Below are positions 37,823-46,871 of a stretch of DNA of 64,000 nucleotides, one piece after another. Source of the DNA: a virus. Its lineage: Duplodnaviria; Caudoviricetes. The position numbers and the translations under genes are program-made. The notes below the pieces were generated by a model that saw only the letters and a program-made list of their open reading frames with translations, had not been told where the DNA came from and searched no databases. The DNA is taken from positions 64,001-128,000 of the IMG/VR virus record IMGVR_UViG_3300029288_000076; one strand, 5' to 3'. The number at the start of each line of letters is the position of its first letter. Within the stretch, counting starts at the first letter, position 1.

Positions 37823-38335
37823 TTATTTTACCTCCATCAATCCAATATCTTCTGGAATTGGAGAATAGAAATAATAAAAGAATTCAGGTTGACTTTCTAA
37901 CAATCCTAAATAGCTTCCAAGTCTTTCGTTGTAATTAGCAATATTATTTCTCCAATCTACTTGAGTATCTACTACCTTCTCTCCAAGTTTCCATTCCCCA
38001 GCATTAAGTAACTGGCCATTCACTTCATATTTTACATTCCCAGCCATATCAATTGTCTTTTCATAAACCGGAATAGTTCTAATAAAAGCTCTATACTCTC
38101 CATAAAATTTAGCAGAAGCAACTTTATTAGCAAGTCCTACAGCAGAAAAGGTAAATAAAAGGCAACAAAAAACAACAGTAGCAATTATAACAGCAAATCC
38201 TTCTGGCTTATTATAGCGATTGCGATCAGCGCTTTTATTCCATAAAAATAACTGCAAATTGTATATTCCAATACATAAACCTATTGCAAAAACAAAAATT
38301 AGAAAGTTAATTAAAAAAAACATTCCAATACTCAT
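37823..38335 (-). CDS. Two-TM membrane protein, likely paralog of 60262-60765
   Basis: Two TM helices plus soluble domain with IANYNER (cf. IINHNDN). Confidence 0.5.
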   Translation of the reverse strand: MSIGMFFLINFLIFVFAIGLCIGIYNLQLFLWNKSADRNRYNKPEGFAVIIATVVFCCLLFTFSAVGLANKVASAKFYGEYRAFIRTIPVYEKTIDMAGNVKYEVNGQLLNAGEWKLGEKVVDTQVDWRNNIANYNERLGSYLGLLESQPEFFYYFYSPIPEDIGLMEVK

Positions 38336-39144
38336 TTTACTCTCCTAAATTATTGTGTCAATTACTTGTTTTTAAATCACCATCTTGATCAATATAAACT
38401 TCTTCTTTGTCTTTAATTCCTAAAAATCTCCTTAATAAACCTAAAATTCTTCCTTTATCCCATATACAATAGATACTCATTCTTGATGAAGATCCATCAA
38501 CTAAAAATCTATTAAAACCTTTAATTTTAACAATCTTATATCCATAATCTGAATGTGTTTCTGCAAAGTATAACCACTCAAAGAACTTGATTAAGTACTT
38601 ATTTGTGTTTAGCAAGAAAATATCCCCATATTTTGAGAGGTCCAAAATATAAATCAAATGCTGGAGTAAATATGCATGGCCAATATATTAATGAAATACC
38701 AAAAGCAATTTTATAAGGATAAAACTTAAACCCTATTCCAAATTTTTCACTAAGAAATTCTATCTCTTTAGCTTTCACGTTAGCAAACACATAAATAAAA
38801 TACAAGAAATAATAATCATACCATAAACAAAAACCATAAAAGCAATTTGAATAAAGAAACCCGATAAATTGTCTTCCTTTTTAGCTTCTTTATATGATAA
38901 CCATCTATCCTCTAACATTTCAGACATCTTACAACCCTTTTGATTTTAAATGTGGATGCAGATCTTCTATTTCCTTTCTCCTATATTCTTTAAGCTCTTT
39001 CATTAACCATTCAAAATCAGTAATTATAATATCAAATTCCCTGTCATATCTATTATCACAAAAAGCTTGCATCTTCTTTTTTATCTTATAAATTCTTGAT
39101 AAAGCAGTTATGTCTCTCATTCTTCATAACCTTTAATAAAATAT

Positions 39145-39278
39145 AAGAGAGGTGGTCAAGACCTTCTTAACTAACTGATACTACAACATAAGAAACGCAT
39201 CTAGCTTGTTTTCTACTTTTCAAAATCTTTAAAAGATTTAAAATTATTATCAGCTACCACCTTACTGGCACCTCTCTT
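39145..39278 (-). ncRNA. Candidate promoter-linked structured ncRNA downstream of rtcB
   Basis: Terminal stem AAGAGAGGUG/CACCUCUCUU, inner UAGCUGAUA/UAUCAGUUA (G-U on - strand), two apical hairpins; promoter motif at 39301-39321. Confidence 0.55.
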
Positions 39279-39300
39279 TTCGCATTACTTTTTATCTCTT

Positions 39301-39335
39301 ATACTATATTATATTTTAAAAACACATTCTTAGAA
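39301..39335 (-). promoter_or_regulatory. Phage promoter motif TTCTAA-N7-TTTTTAAAA-TATAAT-ATAGTAT
   Basis: Near-identical to copies at 45169 and 50166. Confidence 0.75.
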
Positions 39336-39511
39336 GTTGTATGAACTTTTTACAATTTTTACTTCAACTTCAAAGTATCTTGAGCAAACACCACAAAAAG
39401 ATTTTATTATTTTTATTTTCTTAGTAAATTCATGTGAACAAAGAGAACCACAATAAGGGCATTTTACTTCTGTAACCCATACTTTCCACATTTTCATTAT
39501 TGGTTTAGCAG

Positions 39512-40756
39512 TCATCCTTTTATAACTCCTAATGGATACAACTTCACCAATGGTTTTACTAAATCTTTTTGAGCTTCCATTACTAAATCAATGTCTTTAT
39601 AAGCTTGTGGAGCTTCACTTAAATCTATTTTTTGCTCTCTATTTTTCCGCTTCTCAGTTTTACCCCATCCTTCATAAACAATATCTTTCATTGCTTCATT
39701 ACATTCTTCAATAGTCAAAGTATCTGAAGCTTTTGAACGAGCCATCCTTCTTCCAGCTCCATGACTACAAGATTCAAATGAATCTTTATTACCTAATCCT
39801 TCAACTATGTAACTAGGAGTGCCCATTGACCCTGGGATAATACCAATTTGACCTAATCTCGCTTGCGTTGCTCCTTTACGATGAATCCAAAGATTCTGAC
39901 CAAAGTGATTTTCTAATTGAGCAAAATTATGATTGATATCTATTTCGCGTTCATAAGAATGGAAAAATCCTTTTTTGTTAAAAGTATGTTCCAAAGCTAT
40001 TTTAAATTTCTCCATCAAACGCTTTCTATTTTCTTCAGCAAATTCCATACACCATTTCATGTGCTTTATATACTCTTTTCCCGCATCATCATCTACGGGT
40101 AAGAAAGCAAGATCTTTATTAGGAATAGCAGCTTGCCATTTTCTATTCAGTTCCAATGCCTTTTTATTATAATAGTCAGCAATAACTGCGCCTAAGTTTC
40201 TAGAACCAGAATGAACCATAAGCCAAACAAATCCATCATCTGATTTTTGAAGTTCTATAAAATGGTTACCACCGCCTAAAGTTCCTAAACTTTTTTCTGC
40301 TCTATCCTGAGTTTTATAACCTTCATTCCACCCAGCTCTGTTGTTATTAAAAATAACAGTAAACATATTATGACGTATGCCTTCATTCACAAAAGTAATC
40401 CACTCTTGCTTTTCTGAATGAACGCTAAAACCAACTGGAATATCTCTTTTTGTAGAATGGAGGATCTCTTGAATAGTTTCTTTATCTAAAATATCAGCGG
40501 GAATATTTGTTTCAACTGCTCGCATTCCACAACTTATATCTTTCCCTACAGCATTGGGAATCACTGCATTTTTACAAGCTATAACTCCGCCTATAGGCAT
40601 TCCATATCCTTCATGGCAATCTGGCATTAGTGCAACATGTCTAACAACTACAGGATGATTGGCTAAAGCAATTGCTTGAGACATAGCTCCTTGCTCTAAA
40701 GGACTACACCAAGATTTGATAGGAATTTTACATCCTATAGTTTGAACCCATTCCAT
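39512..40756 (-). CDS. rtcB: RtcB RNA-splicing/repair ligase
   Basis: MPDCHEGYGMPIG, VGKDISCG, GTLGGGNHFIE, HSGSR, HNFA, HRKGAT, IPGSMG, SCSHGAGR, EAPQAYK. Confidence 0.97.
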   Translation of the reverse strand: MEWVQTIGCKIPIKSWCSPLEQGAMSQAIALANHPVVVRHVALMPDCHEGYGMPIGGVIACKNAVIPNAVGKDISCGMRAVETNIPADILDKETIQEILHSTKRDIPVGFSVHSEKQEWITFVNEGIRHNMFTVIFNNNRAGWNEGYKTQDRAEKSLGTLGGGNHFIELQKSDDGFVWLMVHSGSRNLGAVIADYYNKKALELNRKWQAAIPNKDLAFLPVDDDAGKEYIKHMKWCMEFAEENRKRLMEKFKIALEHTFNKKGFFHSYEREIDINHNFAQLENHFGQNLWIHRKGATQARLGQIGIIPGSMGTPSYIVEGLGNKDSFESCSHGAGRRMARSKASDTLTIEECNEAMKDIVYEGWGKTEKRKNREQKIDLSEAPQAYKDIDLVMEAQKDLVKPLVKLYPLGVIKG

Positions 40757-40779
40757 TATTACACCTTTATTATGATAGA

Positions 40780-40850
40780 TGCTTGTTAATATTTTCCCAA
40801 ATCACATCTGTTGGTAGGTGCTTGTTAATATTTCCCCAAACCACATCTGT
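40780..40850. repeat. 39-bp tandem duplication in the 3' end of a membrane ORF (40770-40973)
   Basis: Encodes TDVVWGNINKHL-P-TDVIWENINKHL. Confidence 0.8.
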
Positions 40851-41315
40851 TTCCCACTCAACAAGTGTTTCTACTATTGTGCGAAGAATAACATAAACAA
40901 GCACTGTTAAAAAACAAGGTAGCATAAGAATAGAAAAAAATATAAATAATAGAATAGCAATTAAAGTTCGCATTTTTTACTCCTTATATACTATAACATT
41001 TTTCAAAAATAAATTCACCCAAACATGAATTACAAAGTATATGCTTAAAAATAAGGAAAAATTTTTTGATAATGGTGTTAGTTCTTCTCATTTCGCTTGT
41101 CTTTAATGCTTTTTCAATGGAACTAAAAGTTCATCAATATTATCAAAACTTAAAGCATGATGAATGAAAAGCTGAACAGTGTTCTCACTATCATCATCTA
41201 ATGGTTCTTCGCACTCACAAATCCAATAACTGTGTGACCAAACTCCTTCTTCATTTTGAATAGAAGCTTTTATCATTTCAGCTTGGCAATAAGGACATAT
41301 TGGATTTTCCATAAT

Positions 41316-41714
41316 CTACTCCACAACCTTAAAAACAATATCATCTCTTAATACATTTGAATCTGGATTCTTATCATAAAAATCTTTTTGTATCACAGAA
41401 AAACAGCCTAACTTTCTACTCCAATCCCAAAACATCTTATTATGGACATCATCAGTTAACTCGCCAGACTTACTTTGATACCAATGTATCATTTCATGTC
41501 TAAGTTCTTTTTTTATTATTTCGTCATCTTCAGCAAAAAGCTTCCTAGATATTAAGATCTCATTATCATCAAAAACAAAAAATGCTACAAATTCACTTGT
41601 CTTAAAATCTCCAATCTGTATTGAAGGTAATTCAGATTTTGGAAGATGAAAATATTTTGAGTTAATTTCCTCACAGTAACTTAGAAGCTCTTTCTTTTTC
41701 ATTCTATCTACCAT
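41316..41714 (-). CDS. SprT-like zinc metallopeptidase domain protein
   Basis: INSKYF...LRHEMIHWYQ...VHNKMF (HExxH...H). Confidence 0.75.
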   Translation of the reverse strand: MVDRMKKKELLSYCEEINSKYFHLPKSELPSIQIGDFKTSEFVAFFVFDDNEILISRKLFAEDDEIIKKELRHEMIHWYQSKSGELTDDVHNKMFWDWSRKLGCFSVIQKDFYDKNPDSNVLRDDIVFKVVE

Positions 41715-41998
41715 TTATAAGAATTTCTTCTTAAAGCTTTTTCAAAACTATTTCTTTCATTTCGCCAAAGCATATACAAAAACGGGAAGCTTTTCTCAAT
41801 AATTTCTAACGAAAAAGGAAGCAAATAAGTAAGTGACGTGTGAACTTTAATATAACACCAAGGATCAATAAAAGTATAAAAACTTGACATAGATGAAAAT
41901 CTTATAGACCATAAAGATGCTAAAGCTTCTAAGTATTCTATCTTTTGTTCATCATAAACATAAAACATATTTTTCTAAATAGATAATTGTTTATTTTA

Positions 41999-42367
41999 TT
42001 AGTACACTTTATCTACATAAATCACTATAAAATTCAATCCATTATCTATAGCCCCAGATGCCCTTACGCGTTTGCCTATCAACCCATCCATTGGCTCATC
42101 ATATGAACGTACTAAAAATCCCTCCTTAGTTGTATACGTATATATTATATATGTGGGAAGCAAAAAAGGACCTTCTTTTATAGTTTTTTCAAGCCTACTA
42201 GTTATTGTAAATTCCATCTGTACATCTATCCCATAAGGAAAATCTCCTCTATAGGTAGCCATATCTTCTTTTGTTATGAGCTGAGGAGCTGCGCTTAAGC
42301 AGACCACCATGATCAACGATATAACAAAAAATAAATTTAAAAATAAGAAAAAAGTTCTTTTTTTCAT
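41999..42367 (-). CDS. Secreted protein, YTTKEGFLV family
   Basis: Signal peptide; paralog of 42655-42951 and 51429-51782. Confidence 0.6.
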   Translation of the reverse strand: MKKRTFFLFLNLFFVISLIMVVCLSAAPQLITKEDMATYRGDFPYGIDVQMEFTITSRLEKTIKEGPFLLPTYIIYTYTTKEGFLVRSYDEPMDGLIGKRVRASGAIDNGLNFIVIYVDKVY

Positions 42368-42654
42368 TTCATGTCTCCATTATACTTGTATTTCATTTTG
42401 CTAAAGTATATATCATATTTTTCTAATTTGCTATAAATGAATTAGTAAGCTCATCTCCACTTAAATGTTCATCATCTAAACCCATAAAATAAACACTAAA
42501 CAACTTTGCTTTCTCATCCCATTCACTATAAAATTCCACAAACCTATCTGGAGGAGTTTCAAGAAATTCTCTAGTCCAATTTCCATTATGCTTATATTTC
42601 TTTTTAGCTAGTATTATTATTTTTCTATGCATGCTCTTTTTACTAATGCTACTT

Positions 42655-42951
42655 TTATTTCTCTACCTTAATAATCTTTTCCACTATAAAATTGCCTACT
42701 TTATCTTCGCTGCCGCTTGCCAATACTTGTTTACCTATATATCCATCGAGAGGAGAATAATAAGTAATCACTAAAAACCCTTCCTTAGTTGTATATGTGT
42801 ATTTATCAACGGGACCTCCACACAAAGCATCCAACACAATTCTATCTAGCCTGCTAGTAACAGTAAATTTTTTTACTTCTTGACTATTAGCAGCCACAAC
42901 AAGTAACAGAACAAAAGCAATTACTAAACTATATAAAATAAACTTTCTCAT
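42655..42951 (-). CDS. Secreted protein, YTTKEGFLV family
   Basis: FTVTSRL...YTYTTKEGFLV...DGYIGK.V.ASG shared with 41999-42367. Confidence 0.6.
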   Translation of the reverse strand: MRKFILYSLVIAFVLLLVVAANSQEVKKFTVTSRLDRIVLDALCGGPVDKYTYTTKEGFLVITYYSPLDGYIGKQVLASGSEDKVGNFIVEKIIKVEK

Positions 42952-43253
42952 CTCATTCCCTTTGTTTTATTTTCTTAGAGTTTTTTCTCTATTGCCATAA
43001 CCATATTTTTGTCGATACTCACAACCGTTATCATGCTCTTCAAAATCTTTTCCAATAAACCCATTACAACATGGACATGCACCAAGCCAACCCTGAACCT
43101 TATCAAATGTACCAACTTCATTTTCATTTGGTGGTTGATTAGCTACAGGAAACGTACCGTGATTAGTAGTTAGCATTCTTCTACCATTTTTATCTGTCCA
43201 TTCTTTCCACATTGTTTTAATCTCCTCAACTCAAAATTTTCACAAAAGCAGTT

Positions 43254-44648
43254 TTACTTTGGAACTTCTATATTATATTTTTCTAAAACTTTTAGCATTA
43301 TTCCTTTAGGAGTAAGGTCTTCTGCTGCAAAAATAGCTTTCAATATAGAAGGGCTAAACCCAGAAACTAAAGCCACATTATTATGTTTCACAGTAACTGG
43401 TTGACCTGCATAGCCGCTTGTATTCCAATATACAATAGATGGAATAGAGTAACCAGCAACTACCCATTTATCAAGAGAATTTTCAACTACAGCATTATCA
43501 CCGACCGTCCCCTCATGAAACTGCATATCAGAAACAATAATAAGCATATTAGGCATCATATTGTTTGTAAGATTAAAAAACTTTGCAGTAGACAATATCA
43601 GATCAAGAACTTTATCTATTCTAGTCTCTCCAATAGCACCATCAAATATTTCATTATTAAAAACAGCTTCAGAAAACTTCATTCCATTCCAATCTTTAAA
43701 TTTACCTTCGCTTTCAAATCCTATAAATTTCTTATGAAAAGGATTTTCTTTTGGAATTTTAGCAGAGCAATAAAGGGCCATCCCCTGCGAGATATCAACA
43801 GCTTTAATAGACCCGCTAACTTGTATGCTCATAGAACCTGAAGTATCTGCTATAACAATTGCCCTTGAATCAGTATCCATATAATTTGGTAAAGCTTCAA
43901 ACTGAGCGTCTCCAATTTGTTTATCACCATTTCTTACTGTTCTAACACAATCATGAGGAAAAAGAACGCTAGCATGAATAGTCGCTTCACCTTTTTCAAG
44001 AGCTTCTTTATATTTAGCAAATCTTTCTTCGTCATGCTTTCCAAAAGCATTAGTATATCTGGCCATTGCCACAGAAGGAACAGTTTTGTATTCAATTTCG
44101 TTCCATCTGTTTGTACACATTTTGTGTTCAACAATATGGTCTTTACGAATCTTAGCAAGAAATTTACGAAAGTCTTTTTCTGATTTGATACCAAGAGCAA
44201 CTCTTAATTGCTTATCTTTTCTGTCTGCCCATTTAGCAGCAAGGACATCATTATTGCATAAAGCACTTGCCCACATATCAGCTGCTATATAGTCAGCGTC
44301 AGAATTAAATAAAGATCTTAAATCATCCCATCTTCCAACTAAAGGAAGCCAACCAATATTTAATTCAAGCCATTTTAATCCAATTTCGTCTTGAGCAAGC
44401 CATTTATAAATAGATCTTGCGGCGCTTCTATTCCCACTACCTCCCCTTGCGTCGCGAAGCCAAAGTAAAAGCTTAAAGGCTACTACAGGGTCTACAATCC
44501 AAATCTTCTGAAACAACGACAAAGCAGATTCTTCACCTTCATAGAATGATTCTTTCTTTTTAAAAAGAGAACCAGCCTTACTAAAAAACTCTACTGCATG
44601 GTCAAGAGAATGTTCATACTGATTTGCGCCTTCATGAGTCTTGATCAT
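43254..44648 (-). CDS. Ro60/TROVE-related helical + VWA domain protein (DUF2828-type)
   Basis: N-terminal KLLLWLRDARGGSGNR, GRWDDL, LAAKWA, VPSVAM; MIDAS IADTSGSM...T...IVSDMQF; C-terminal IVYWN...VSGFSP. Confidence 0.85.
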   Translation of the reverse strand: MIKTHEGANQYEHSLDHAVEFFSKAGSLFKKKESFYEGEESALSLFQKIWIVDPVVAFKLLLWLRDARGGSGNRSAARSIYKWLAQDEIGLKWLELNIGWLPLVGRWDDLRSLFNSDADYIAADMWASALCNNDVLAAKWADRKDKQLRVALGIKSEKDFRKFLAKIRKDHIVEHKMCTNRWNEIEYKTVPSVAMARYTNAFGKHDEERFAKYKEALEKGEATIHASVLFPHDCVRTVRNGDKQIGDAQFEALPNYMDTDSRAIVIADTSGSMSIQVSGSIKAVDISQGMALYCSAKIPKENPFHKKFIGFESEGKFKDWNGMKFSEAVFNNEIFDGAIGETRIDKVLDLILSTAKFFNLTNNMMPNMLIIVSDMQFHEGTVGDNAVVENSLDKWVVAGYSIPSIVYWNTSGYAGQPVTVKHNNVALVSGFSPSILKAIFAAEDLTPKGIMLKVLEKYNIEVPK

Positions 44649-44662
44649 TTTAAACTCCTGTT

Positions 44663-44720
44663 CAGGTTGGAACTTTTAAAACATTCAACGTGTTTTTATT
44701 TTGTTTGCTGTAACCAACCT
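44663..44720 (-). ncRNA. Hairpin RNA unit 4 (gene-proximal, in the 5' leader of the Ro-like gene)
   Basis: AGGUUGG-UUACAGCAA...AAAACA(CGUUGAA)UGUUUU...CCAACCU-G. Confidence 0.7.
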
Positions 44721-44732
44721 TTTTAAATTGTT

Positions 44733-44936
44733 TTAAAATTTATCTCTTTTATCTTCAAGCATTCCAATATATTCTTTTATATATGATTCTAAGGATCTAT
44801 TTTGCTCATCGCTTGAGCTTAATAAAAAACTTTGTAAAGCAATAATTACATCACTAATCATAATATATCTATGTTTAAAACCATCTATACCTAGTTTAGC
44901 TGTATTGAAAGTTATATAAAGATCTTTTTTACTCAT
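44733..44936 (-). CDS. Hypothetical protein inside the hairpin array
   Basis: 67 aa ORF with AAAATG start between units 3 and 4. Confidence 0.5.
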   Translation of the reverse strand: MSKKDLYITFNTAKLGIDGFKHRYIMISDVIIALQSFLLSSSDEQNRSLESYIKEYIGMLEDKRDKF

Positions 44937-44965
44937 TTTCTATCACATAAAAATATTTTAAAAAA

Positions 44966-45021
44966 CAGACTGGGACTTGAAAGCTTAACAGGCTTTTGTT
45001 TTTGTTTGCTGTAACCAGTCT
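44966..45021 (-). ncRNA. Hairpin RNA unit 3 (inner loop identical to the tRNA-Asn anticodon loop)
   Basis: AGACUGG-UUACAGCAA...AAAGC(CUGUUAA)GCUUU...CCAGUCU-G. Confidence 0.7.
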
Positions 45022-45045
45022 TGTAAAAGAACTTTAAAATAAAAT

Positions 45046-45093
45046 CAGGTTGAATTTTTATACCCAATGTATTTTTATTGCTGTAATCAACCT
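45046..45093 (-). ncRNA. Hairpin RNA unit 2
   Basis: AGGUUGA-UUACAGCAA...AUAC(AUUGG)GUAU...UCAACCU-G. Confidence 0.7.
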
Positions 45094-45105
45094 TGTAAAT
45101 TTTAA

Positions 45106-45162
45106 CAGATTAGCTTTGTTTTGTCTTTCGACGGCCATATTTTTGATTGCTGAAACTAATCT
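45106..45162 (-). ncRNA. Hairpin RNA unit 1 (promoter-proximal)
   Basis: AGAUUAG-UUUCAGCAA...GUC(GAAA)GAC...CUAAUCU-G. Confidence 0.7.
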
Positions 45163-45168
45163 TGTCTT

Positions 45169-45203
45169 ATACTATATTATATTTTAAAAACTATGTCTTA
45201 GAA
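45169..45203 (-). promoter_or_regulatory. Phage promoter motif upstream of the hairpin array and Ro-like gene
   Basis: TTCTAAGACATAG-TTTTTAAAA-TATAAT-ATAGTAT, 6 nt before unit 1. Confidence 0.75.
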
Positions 45204-45306
45204 ACATCTTTAGAAATTTCTTTTGATAATAATTCCTCCTCAACTAAAAATTCATATATATATATTTTCTTTTTGTAATCCCAATTGATATCATTCCAAT
45301 ACTTTT

Positions 45307-45933
45307 TCATTCTTCACCAATTATGCCATCAAAGATTATTGGTAATCTTTTTTTCATTTCCTCTAACAAAGGAACCATAACCTCTCTCATTTGAGGATGA
45401 GCGTTCTTAGAAGTTCTTAACTGAAAAATGTGTCTCCATTCTCTTAAATTAGCTGTAATCACAATTGTTGTAGCAGCAGAATTTGGTAAAACAGATCTTG
45501 CTATCTGAGGAGAAATACCATTATCTAACATCTTCATATAAGAATTCTCAGCATTTATACACACTGATTTCCATAATTCATAAGAACTACTTTTTTCATT
45601 TAACAAAGGCTTAATAACTTCTATTTCAAAATTAAATTCCTTCTTATTATAATTGCAATAACGTTGACTCTCCATTGTATAAGATGCTAAACGGTGACGT
45701 ACTAATTCATGACTAATCCCTCTATCACAAATAATTTTAACTGAAATATTAAAGTGCTCAATGACAGAAAGATGTCCACGATTGATAATATTTTGAATAA
45801 AAGATTTATAACTATCTTTAGATACTTGACCATAACTTTGATAAGCAACTCTACCAATAAATTCAATCTTCTTTAAGATTTCTATTCCGTCAAACTTATC
45901 TAAGATTTCAAAACTTGGCTCAATTATTTTCAA
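45307..45933 (-). CDS. thyX: Flavin-dependent thymidylate synthase
   Basis: GHLSVIEH, DRGISHELVRHRLASYTMESQRY, ARSVLPN, NLREWRHIFQLR, AHPQMR. Confidence 0.97.
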   Translation of the reverse strand: MKIIEPSFEILDKFDGIEILKKIEFIGRVAYQSYGQVSKDSYKSFIQNIINRGHLSVIEHFNISVKIICDRGISHELVRHRLASYTMESQRYCNYNKKEFNFEIEVIKPLLNEKSSSYELWKSVCINAENSYMKMLDNGISPQIARSVLPNSAATTIVITANLREWRHIFQLRTSKNAHPQMREVMVPLLEEMKKRLPIIFDGIIGEE

Positions 45934-46418
45934 AACTTATATCTCCATTCTTTACATGTTCCGTTTAATGGCACTCTAACATAAAATTCTTCTAAACCGC
46001 ATTTCTCTTTCAAATACTTACAAAACCTAACTCTTTTAGAATCATCCAGATTCTTACAAAAGTTACAGGTGTTAGTATATTCGTGAAAGTTCAAAGCACA
46101 CAAAGCTATTCCTCTTCTAACTTCGTCAATATCAACGCCTTTAGGAATTTTTTTAAGATATTCTTTTTCTTTATTATTCATTTTAATTATTCACAGCTTT
46201 GAAATAATTTACCCATTCAGTATCTAAATCTTGTAAAGTTTTATACGAAGCACAAAAAGAAGTTGAATAATATTTCTTGTTATTCTTTCTCAACCAAGAC
46301 CATAATAAAATTACTTCATCCCCATCATACTCAAACGCAATACCTAAACTATTAATCCAAACGTATGTACCAAATAAAATTTTTTGTAATTTACAAATAT
46401 AATAGCTAAATCTTTGTT

Positions 46419-46823
46419 TCACTTTATCTCTTCAGCCGTTAAGATATTTTTATACCAAGAGAAAAAAGGAACGCGCCAACCATATGTTGTAATATAATAC
46501 GTTTTTCCTTTTTCAATAAATCCATAGAAATCAGAAGAATTATATCTCCAGTGAGTCCAACATACTTCCCAAAATGTATCAGTAATTTCAAATGTCATAC
46601 TAACAGATTTCTCATCAGAAACCATTTTAGTATATATCAAATACTTGTCATCTGCATCTTTTCCACCACCAGACTTCTTGAAGGCTTTGTCAGTGACAGT
46701 AACAATATAATTATCTCTTGTAAAGTGTGGTAGTATTGGAGCAGTACAGACAGCAAGAAAGATAAAAATAATAGTGATAGCTACTAATACTTCTACTAAA
46801 GTAAAACCTTTTCTACTAAACAT
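46419..46823 (-). CDS. Prepilin-type N-terminal cleavage motif + DUF1523-like domain protein
   Basis: RKG|FTLVEVLVAITII class III signal; VTVTDK...KYLIYT...TDT...NSSD.Y...GKTY...YGWRVPFFSWYKNI. Confidence 0.7.
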   Translation of the reverse strand: MFSRKGFTLVEVLVAITIIFIFLAVCTAPILPHFTRDNYIVTVTDKAFKKSGGGKDADDKYLIYTKMVSDEKSVSMTFEITDTFWEVCWTHWRYNSSDFYGFIEKGKTYYITTYGWRVPFFSWYKNILTAEEIK

Positions 46824-46850
46824 TTTAAACCCCTATAAAAACACATCCTC

Positions 46851-46871
46851 TTATATTATTATATTTTAAAA
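46851..46871 (-). promoter_or_regulatory. Phage promoter motif variant
   Basis: TTTTAAAATATAATAATATAA upstream of the prepilin-like gene. Confidence 0.55.

Noticed and set aside
39145-39278. Lysine riboswitch or tRNA (begins AGAGGUGC)
   Set aside because: Similarity is limited to the first few bases; no downstream riboswitch motifs, T-loop or CCA end.
44663-45162. CRISPR array interpretation of the four repeats
   Set aside because: Units are not identical direct repeats; stems covary around a variable interior, spacing is irregular, an ORF intervenes, and no cas gene was recognised.
44663-45162. Tandem intrinsic terminators
   Set aside because: Loops are ~35-45 nt with a conserved motif, most units lack an immediate U-tract on the transcribed strand, and they lie between promoter and gene.
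10371-45933. Inteins or group I introns in terL, rtcB or thyX
   Set aside because: All three have normal lengths and contiguous motifs, with no homing-endonuclease or splice-junction signatures.
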